Below, in pieces: positions 57,845 through 64,000 of a stretch of DNA of 64,000 bases. Source of the stretch: Candidatus Woesearchaeota archaeon. Lineage in GTDB: Archaea > Nanobdellota > Nanobdellia > Woesearchaeales > JBJKQO01. Where the stretch lies: NCBI GenBank assembly GCA_046705145.1, contig JBJKQO010000049.1, positions 591-64,590 of the forward strand, written 5' to 3'. Position 1 is the stretch's first letter; each line of letters starts with the position of its first letter. A model generated the notes under the pieces. It made no database searches. It was not told the origin of the DNA and saw only the letters and a list, made by a program, of their open reading frames with translations. Position numbers and translations under genes: made by a program.

Positions 57845-60415
57845 TTATATTATCTTCGGTTTTATATACTTGTAATACTCATCATAACCCATATTAAACG
57901 AACTTTCCATGATACAGTTCTTAGGATCTGGACTATAGTCGTCAAGCAAGGTTCCTGACACGCCCACAAGATCGCAGTTGTCATAATCGCAATCAGGATT
58001 TCCATCGGAATTCGTGCCAAACAAGCCGCACCTGTAAAGCAGCTCTGCATGGATGCTGTTGTTAAACTTCAGGACATCCATAGCCTGGTTGAAATCAATC
58101 TCATCTTCGCTGTCAAAATCAACAAACCCGAAAAATATGATCTTTTTCTTCCCGCTTAAAGGCCCTGTGCTGAATGATACATCTGTAGTACCAAGGCCCC
58201 ACTGTCCTGTGTACGTGCTGCCGTCACCGTTAAAGCTGATCTTTTGGCCCGCCTGATATGAAGGCTTGACGCTTACCTTTCCCTCTATCACGACAGTCGC
58301 TGAGTAATCCCCTGACACAAGGTTTATCCTGTTGTTTCCAGGATACATAGCAGCCATATACTTCGGACCTGAAGTTGTAGATACTGAAGCTTTCTCATCA
58401 CCTTTAAGTTCCATTATGGCTATAAGCTTCTCTTTCTTCCCTTCACTTAGCATATCCTTATACTCTTCAGTCTGGCTTAAACCCTGCAAAATCTCATTTA
58501 CACAAAGCCTTTCACTTCTCAGATAATCTATCCCGCCGTAAGCGTCACTCACAAGGCTTATGCCCAGCTTGCTTGCAGTGTCCCTTATGTTTTTCTGGCT
58601 CCTGTCAAGAAGCGTTATCGGAAACGCGCTCGTGTCAAGCCCCAGGCCTCTTGCTTTCCCCTCAACTTCTGTAGTGTCCATACCTGATTGCTTTGCTATC
58701 CTTATGGTCTTGGCAGTATCCTTGAAGCTGTTTGTGTAATCAAGATAGTAAACAAGAGTAGGAAGGTGAATCTTTTTTACTTCCATAGTAAGGTTCTTGT
58801 CGCTTTCCAGATAAAGCGAGAACCATCTTTCGCTTTGTGCATCCTTTGTTGAGATCTTCTGATAACTTGTCTCATAATCTGCCTTTATCAGGTGGGCCTC
58901 TCCATTGAGGCAGGAAGGCCACTTAGCCTCAAGCTTTCCGTTCTCGTCTGTCTGGCCTATGTATGTTGATTCATAGCGGTTTGCGCAGCTGTAATAGACA
59001 GACACCTTAGCAAGAGGGGACCCTGAATCCTTGTCATACACCCTTAGCTTGATATCTTTTACCTTCTGCGCCTCATCTCCAAAATAGCTGCCTTTTGCCT
59101 TCTTCTCTATGTCTCCAAGGCTTTCATTTATAATTATCCCTGGATCCTGCTCAACATACCTTCCGGTGTTTTGCCTTTTCTGGTTTCCGTAGATCCATAT
59201 CTTCATAGGGAACTGCATAGTGTACCCTTCATTCTCTTCAAAAGTATTGGACACAGGATCGATCTTTGCAGATGAGAAATCAGTCACCTTGACAAGCACA
59301 GGGTACTCTATGTCATACTTGAACCTGTACCTAAACACATGGATCGACGGCAGGAACCACAAGTTTGCGCTTACTATCTTGTCAGGCACTATGCTTTCTC
59401 CTTGGGATGGCACTATCTCAAGATCAATCGGCCAGTCCTTCTCATAGCTGAAGTTTATCTCAACTTCAGGATAAGACTCCTGGAAAAAATCCTTGGTAAA
59501 GCTGTCGTATATGCCTGATCCTGGATCATCATATCTCTTGAACTTTGTCTTTTCCACCTTGATATTAGGCACGTTATAGTTCAGTATGTCTTTAAGCATG
59601 CTGTTGACCCCGCTTTTAGTCCAGGTCACATGCTCCCCATCAGTATTAGCGTCTCTTGCTCCGATAGGAGGAAGCATCTCCTCATCTATCCCTGAATAGA
59701 GCACCACAAGGTTCATCGTGTCATCCTCGACATAGCTATATACCCATTCTATCATCGCCATCTCGCTTGCAAGCTTCTGCACCTTTTCCATGTCTATAGG
59801 CACGCGATATATGAAATCTCTCATCTCTATCTCTTCATCATCCCTTCTTATCTGCAGAGGAACATCCGCTTCTACAAGCACTATGTTTTTCATGCTTACC
59901 TTGACAGAAGTTTCTCCTCTTGTTATGTTATATTTCATGCTCTTGAAAGGTTCGAAGTCTCCGAGACACTTTTCAAGTTCAGGCCTTATGTAGCTTTCAA
60001 GCTCAGACTCGAAAAATCCCATTGTGGGTACTGCAAGCTCGTCTTTTCTTACCCAGTAAGGGACATCCAGCTTCTGGTTTCCTATCCCAACTTTTTTGGA
60101 GCCTGCTTTGCTTGTGACATACTTGTATTCGCTGTCCCAAAGGCTTAAAGATTCTGTCCCTTTTGGGATGTTGATATACCCTCCCTGCAGCCTTTGAATC
60201 TCAAGGCCCTGCAGAGTTACGGGCCCCAGGCAGCTTTGCACATACTCCCTGACCTGCGCCTGGATCTCTGTCGGCACCTGCCCGGTCCTTACAACCTCCA
60301 CTTCAGTCTTTTGGTCGCCTGGCTCACTGAATATGAAGTAGAGGGCTGTGCCTAGAAGCATAAGTATACCTATTATGATAAATACAGTTACCTGACCTCT
60401 TTTTTGTCTTATCAT
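57845..60415 (-). CDS. large (856 aa) N-terminally anchored extracellular protein of unknown function with class-III-like signal
   Basis: The N-terminus MIRQKRGQVTVFIIIGILMLLGTALYFIF has KRG followed by Q and a hydrophobic stretch, resembling archaeal type-IV-pilin-like signal peptides. The rest has no recognisable motifs. It lies 24 nt upstream of the 1164-aa gene on the same strand. Confidence 0.5.
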   Translation of the reverse strand: MIRQKRGQVTVFIIIGILMLLGTALYFIFSEPGDQKTEVEVVRTGQVPTEIQAQVREYVQSCLGPVTLQGLEIQRLQGGYINIPKGTESLSLWDSEYKYVTSKAGSKKVGIGNQKLDVPYWVRKDELAVPTMGFFESELESYIRPELEKCLGDFEPFKSMKYNITRGETSVKVSMKNIVLVEADVPLQIRRDDEEIEMRDFIYRVPIDMEKVQKLASEMAMIEWVYSYVEDDTMNLVVLYSGIDEEMLPPIGARDANTDGEHVTWTKSGVNSMLKDILNYNVPNIKVEKTKFKRYDDPGSGIYDSFTKDFFQESYPEVEINFSYEKDWPIDLEIVPSQGESIVPDKIVSANLWFLPSIHVFRYRFKYDIEYPVLVKVTDFSSAKIDPVSNTFEENEGYTMQFPMKIWIYGNQKRQNTGRYVEQDPGIIINESLGDIEKKAKGSYFGDEAQKVKDIKLRVYDKDSGSPLAKVSVYYSCANRYESTYIGQTDENGKLEAKWPSCLNGEAHLIKADYETSYQKISTKDAQSERWFSLYLESDKNLTMEVKKIHLPTLVYYLDYTNSFKDTAKTIRIAKQSGMDTTEVEGKARGLGLDTSAFPITLLDRSQKNIRDTASKLGISLVSDAYGGIDYLRSERLCVNEILQGLSQTEEYKDMLSEGKKEKLIAIMELKGDEKASVSTTSGPKYMAAMYPGNNRINLVSGDYSATVVIEGKVSVKPSYQAGQKISFNGDGSTYTGQWGLGTTDVSFSTGPLSGKKKIIFFGFVDFDSEDEIDFNQAMDVLKFNNSIHAELLYRCGLFGTNSDGNPDCDYDNCDLVGVSGTLLDDYSPDPKNCIMESSFNMGYDEYYKYIKPKII

Positions 60416-60448
60416 CTTCCTCTTTTTTTTGGATTTTGCAAAACTGGG

Positions 60449-60564
60449 GTCGCCATCAATCTGTGAGCTTTCTCACTTTTATATCCGGCCCGTCGCGGGG
60501 GGATGCCCCATCCGGGGACGCAGGGCCTTAACAAATCAAGGCACAAGCGAACCAGATGGCGACC
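60449..60564. ncRNA. candidate structured RNA / leader element containing copy 2 of the GC-rich 33-nt repeat
   Basis: Closed by a 10-bp helix, ggtcgccatc (60449..60458) with gatggcgacc (60555..60564). Internal hairpins include gtgag-cttt-ctcac and ggccc...gggcc around the repeat. About 60% GC versus a window average below 40%. It lies between the AbrB-like gene and the 856-aa gene, and no plausible ORF spans it. Confidence 0.35.
60491..60523 (+). repeat. GC-rich 33-nt element, copy 2 (cgtcgcggggggatgccccatccggggacgcag)
   Basis: 32 of 33 bases identical to 21..53, in the same orientation, 60470 bp apart. Confidence 0.6.
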
Positions 60565-60657
60565 TCGCGAAGCGAAGTTTTGCCTCATTGACTATGAGCT
60601 GGCAGGGAAGGCTTTTTGGGGTGGACGATCCCTGCCAGCATTGTGGTATGTTCGGAT

Positions 60658-60824
60658 TATTTTTTTCTGACTTTTTTGATCACAACCTCTCCTTTTTCGT
60701 TAAGCTTAAACTCAAGCCTGGTCCCTTGCTTAAACCCTAAAGCTTCAGCTAGCGCTTTTGGGATCGTGACCACATACTGGTCGTTCACAGTCTTTTGGAC
60801 CTTTCTTGTGCTTGCCATATCCAT
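60658..60824 (-). CDS. AbrB/MazE/SpoVT-family small DNA-binding protein
   Basis: 55 aa, MDMASTRKVQKTVNDQYVVTIPKALAEALGFKQGTRLEFKLNEKGEVVIKKVRKK. The swapped-hairpin signature VVTIPK...G.K.G is present. It is shorter than the ORF-track cutoff. It sits upstream and co-oriented with the element at 60449..60564 and the two large secreted-protein genes. Confidence 0.5.
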
Positions 60825-60990
60825 CAAATTTTAATATTAAAAATAATATTAAAATAGACTATAAAAAGCTTTTGGAAAAAATTACACTATACTGCAAAAA
60901 ACAGGCAGTATTAACTACCCTCTTAAGATGAGAAACGTTTTTATACCTTAAAAAATTGTCTCAACACACTAATCTTAGAGGTGGTTTTTT

Positions 60991-62268
60991 ATGAAGAAAA
61001 AAGTATTAGCACTTATCGTGCTCTTTCTTGCTGTGATACTCTCTTTTAGCGTCGCAGCAGCAAAGCCGCAGGCAGTGGGGCTTAAGGCTTGCGCAGACGG
61101 CATAGACAACGACGGCGACGGCTACACAGACCTTGATGATCCAGGATGCTCATCAAAAAAAGATACAAGCGAACTTAACCCTGAAATAGAATGTGATGAT
61201 GGGACTGATAATGATGGCGACGGCTACACAGACTCTGCAGATACAGGATGCACAGGGCCAACAGACACAGATGAGACAGACTGCGGAGACACAGCCTGCG
61301 AAGGAGGAGAAACACAATACACCTGCCCGCAGGACTGCGGCTATCCAGATTCCTGTTCAGATACAGATGGAGGCAATGTGGTATCTGTCTTCGGCACAGC
61401 ATCAGGCTATTACAACAACGCACCATATTCCAACAGCGATGCCTGCGTAGACCCATCAAATATTGTGGAGTATTACTGCAACGGCGTTTATGAGACAAGC
61501 CAACAGCAATCATGCGGAACAGACAGCTACGGCCCATCTTACTGCTCTGCAGATAACATATACTAGAACCTGACAGACTACTTCTGTTCTACGGGAACAT
61601 GTGCAGCATCAACAGCACCAGTCCTACAGGTCCAGTGCAACAGCTTTGACGGTTATGGGGAACAATACTGCTCAGGCGACACAGTCTATAAAGATTATGA
61701 AGATTATTTCTGTTCGCAAGGAAGCTGCGATTATATCTCAACTCCTGAAACTGTTGAAGATTGTGATGCTTCTGATGGTTATGGTTCGCTTTATTGTTCT
61801 GGAGATGAGGTGTATAAGGATTATACTGATGGCTTTTGTTCAGGAGGCGCCTGTGACACATCAGTCACTCCAGAGTTCCAGGAAGACTGCGACAGCTATG
61901 ACAGCTATGGAGATAACTACTGCATCAACTCAACTGTATTTAGGAACTATAATGACTACTCATGCAGCAGCGGAGCATGCAGCTACACGCCTATAATGCA
62001 ATTTGTAGAAGAATGTGCGAACGGATGCACAGACGGATCCTGTGACCTGGTAGCTGACTCCTGTAGCGAAACAGACGCAGGGTTTGATCCAAATAGTGCA
62101 GGAACAGCTTCAGGATACCTAAACGAGGTATTCTACAGCATGTCAGACTACTGCCTTGACAACAACATACTGAGAGAATATTATTGTTCTGGAACAAGTG
62201 CAGACAGTACGCAAGTGCCGTGCAGCTTCTTTAACGCAACAATGTGCGTGTCAGGAGAGTGCATATAG
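60991..62268 (+). pseudogene. secreted Cys-rich protein with MopE-like (DNDGDGYTD) and DYxCSxGxC repeats, interrupted by an in-frame TAG
   Basis: ORFs 60991..61566 and 61810..62268 are in the same frame. The 243 nt between them contain no further stop and continue the repeat pattern (...YCSADNIY*NLTDYFCSTGTC... versus ...YCSGDTVYKDYEDYFCSQGSC...). The TAG at 61564..61566 occupies a position held by Lys (AAG) in the paralogous repeats. Signal peptide MKKKVLALIVLFLAVILSFSVAAA. Confidence 0.55.
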
Positions 62269-62341
62269 TTATAGTACAATTTATTTTTTTTATTTTTTTC
62301 TAAACAATAATCTTATATCCTCGCTTTCTTTCTTGTTTGTC

Positions 62342-62776
62342 ATGCAACAGGATCATGTCCGGGAAGCGATCGAAGAAGAGATAAAAGCCCATCCTTTCTA
62401 TTCCATAGGTTGCATCATATCAGTCCATGAAACCCCTAGTTATGTGAGGGTAACTTTTACAAAAGGGGAACTTTCAGATCGTGTGCTGCAAGGACAGGAA
62501 GAAGAGATCATACAAACTTTCAGAGATGATCCTGAGACAGATTTTCCTGCAACAGGATTCATCCTTTATTTTGATAATTTGAAACAAGAAGTAAGCGGAC
62601 TTTTTTGCGTCAGCCCACCCCACCAAAAAAAAGGTCATGCAAAAGAGCTTGTCACTATGATGGAAGCGATCGCAAAAAACGTTTTAGGTTACAGATCAAT
62701 AAGGGTATTAGATCCCCATATTCCTCTTTTTAGTTCTATGGGATACACGATTGAGAACATGGTTGCAACAAAATAG
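62342..62776 (+). CDS. GNAT-family N-acetyltransferase
   Basis: The acetyl-CoA binding region LFCVSPPHQKKGHAKELVTMMEAIAKNVLGYRSIRV fits the V/I-x-x-x-x-Q/R-x-x-G-x-G/A pattern. The start MQQDHVREAIEEE is at 62342; upstream ORF sequence is AT-rich promoter. Confidence 0.5.
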   Translation: MQQDHVREAIEEEIKAHPFYSIGCIISVHETPSYVRVTFTKGELSDRVLQGQEEEIIQTFRDDPETDFPATGFILYFDNLKQEVSGLFCVSPPHQKKGHAKELVTMMEAIAKNVLGYRSIRVLDPHIPLFSSMGYTIENMVATK

Positions 62777-62783
62777 CGTACCT

Positions 62784-64000
62784 CTAACCCAGCTTGCTCA
62801 CATAGCCCCTTCTTGGCTCGTATATGTCTCCGCCGCGCCTGAGCCTTTCGATGACAGTCTCGACCTCGTCCTCATCCATGCCTTTCTCCTTTGCAAGCTT
62901 GCTTATCTCTTCTATGGGTATCATCTTTCCAAGCTTGTTCTCAAGCTCAGTTATTATCTCTTTTATCACAGAGATCTTTCCGCGCTGTGACGCAGTTATA
63001 CCTGTCGCGATCTTGTCTATGTCAATCGTTCCTGTCTCCTCATCAAACGCTATCTGCCTGAGGCAGTAGTTGAGAAGCTCGATAGCTCTTTTTGCATCCC
63101 TTCGCCTTATCATCTTGGCAAGCCTGACCTTTGCAACTGCCTCAGTGATCCTTACAAGGCCCTCAAGCTGCCTTGTCGAGATAGGGATGCTTTTAACGCC
63201 TTCACCAGTCCCCTTGGACCTCATGGTAAGATAATAGTTCTTAAGCTCAGACATTGCCTCATCAGAAAGCTTTGGCTTGCAATGGGTCTTGGCATAAGCG
63301 ATATACTTCCTAAGAAATTCCGTGCTTACCTCCATCTCTCCGACAAAAGGGTTCTGGTGCAGCTTAAGGATGAACTCTGCCATCATGTCATCCTTCTTCT
63401 CATCAGGAAGATCCTTTATAGGAAATATCAGGTCGAACCTGTTGATAAGGGTAGGAGGAAGATCTATCTGCCTTGCTATGACATCGTTAGGGTCAAACCT
63501 TCCGTACTTTGGGTTTGCTGCAGCAAGAACAGTTGTCTGTGAATGAAGTGTTGCCTGGATATTCGCTTTTGATATAGTGACACTCTGCTGCTCAAGAGCC
63601 TCGTGCATCGCGCTCCTGTCTTCCTTGCTCATCTTATCAAGCTCATCTATCATGCACATGCCCTTGTTTGCCAGGACCAATGCACCTGCTTCAAGGCTCC
63701 AACCCTGAAGAAAATCATCCTTGACCACCGAAGCAGTATTGTGGACCAGCACGCCATCAACAACAAAATTGTGAGAGTCTTCAACAGTTAGGTCATAGAC
63801 AAAACTGTAACCGGGAACCTTTTCTTTTATTGAAACAACCTTTTCCCAAAATATATCGCTTTTTGCAATCTTTTTGATTTCTTCACATCCCTCTTCTTTT
63901 GGGATAAGATCAAGCAGCTTTTTTAAGGCTTCATTTGACAGGTTCTTATGCCAGCCTGCTTTTTTCAAAGGCACCTTATTCTTTTGCATAAGGCCTTTTA
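62784..64000 (-). CDS. mcm: MCM replicative helicase, 3' part only (gene continues beyond the window), containing an intein
   Basis: The extein part carries TASVVKDDFLQGWSLEAGALVLANKGMCMIDELDKM (Walker B), the sensor/arginine finger region NRFDLIF and a C-terminal wH. The frame is open to the window edge at 64000. Confidence 0.8.
   Translation of the reverse strand, partial: KGLMQKNKVPLKKAGWHKNLSNEALKKLLDLIPKEEGCEEIKKIAKSDIFWEKVVSIKEKVPGYSFVYDLTVEDSHNFVVDGVLVHNTASVVKDDFLQGWSLEAGALVLANKGMCMIDELDKMSKEDRSAMHEALEQQSVTISKANIQATLHSQTTVLAAANPKYGRFDPNDVIARQIDLPPTLINRFDLIFPIKDLPDEKKDDMMAEFILKLHQNPFVGEMEVSTEFLRKYIAYAKTHCKPKLSDEAMSELKNYYLTMRSKGTGEGVKSIPISTRQLEGLVRITEAVAKVRLAKMIRRRDAKRAIELLNYCLRQIAFDEETGTIDIDKIATGITASQRGKISVIKEIITELENKLGKMIPIEEISKLAKEKGMDEDEVETVIERLRRGGDIYEPRRGYVSKLG
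63738..64000 (-). other. intein (C-terminal portion) inserted in MCM
   Basis: ...GYSFVYDLTVEDSHNFVVDGVLVHN immediately followed by the extein residue T. This matches the intein C-terminal block (penultimate His, terminal Asn, +1 Thr). Upstream intein sequence (KIAKSDIFWEKVVSIKEK...) continues past the window end. Confidence 0.6.

Noticed and set aside
21-60523. The two 33-nt direct repeats as attachment sites delimiting a 60-kb integrated element
   Set aside because: The intervening DNA carries core housekeeping genes (rpl10e, srp54, guaA, ppsA, pcn, glmS). There is no integrase or recombinase, so a mobile-element interpretation is unlikely. A repeated RNA or regulatory motif is more plausible.
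60429-60740. ORFs 60429..60740 (+) and 60616..60834 (+) and 45443..45709 (-) as protein-coding genes
   Set aside because: They traverse the GC-rich structured elements and, for 60616..60834, the opposite strand of a well-formed AbrB-like gene. Their composition and lack of start signals argue for non-coding sequence.
61564-61566. The in-frame TAG as pyrrolysine or another amber reassignment
   Set aside because: TAG terminates other genes in the same window (Lrp regulator at 10186..10188, giant protein at 22329..22331) with sensible C-termini, so TAG functions as a stop here. A nonsense mutation or polymorphism is more parsimonious.
1-64000. CRISPR arrays, transposases/IS elements, toxin-antitoxin or restriction-modification systems
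   Set aside because: No short regularly spaced direct repeats and no DDE, HUH, PIN or HEPN-like ORFs were recognisable. The AbrB-like gene has no adjacent toxin partner; its downstream neighbours are large secreted-protein genes.

Overview
The window reads as a low-GC archaeal chromosome segment, and the gene content and giant surface protein suggest a DPANN-like lineage. Housekeeping genes recognised from motifs are L10e (uL16), SRP54, a PurO-like IMP cyclohydrolase, a fused GMP synthase, a Nudix hydrolase, a Trm11-type tRNA methyltransferase, a tandem Lrp/AsnC regulator, PEP synthase, an ABC transporter pair, PCNA, an RPA32-like OB-fold protein, and a 3'-partial MCM gene that contains an intein. 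A 142-nt tRNA gene on the minus strand appears to carry two introns. The window is dominated by cell-surface biology. The centrepiece is a 22.8-kb gene for a 7586-aa type-I membrane protein built from repeated LamG-like modules, two beta-helix modules, glycine-rich segments and a very high density of NxS/T sequons. It ends in a transmembrane helix and a cytoplasmic tail carrying a Nudix-fold domain with a degenerate catalytic box. A small wHTH regulator is translationally coupled upstream, and a complete glmM-glmU-glmS (UDP-GlcNAc) operon sits downstream. Elsewhere there is an AbrB-like gene, then a GC-rich structured element, then two large novel secreted proteins (856 aa and 1164 aa). A 33-nt core of that GC-rich element recurs near position 21. 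Other surface-related genes are an M4-type metallopeptidase with MopE-like Cys repeats, a MopE-repeat gene interrupted by an in-frame TAG, a PLP-enzyme gene broken at a G7 run, and a divergent gene pair sharing an N-terminal domain, one of which has a signal-peptidase-like C-terminus. No CRISPR array, transposase, reverse transcriptase or recognisable defence genes were seen.
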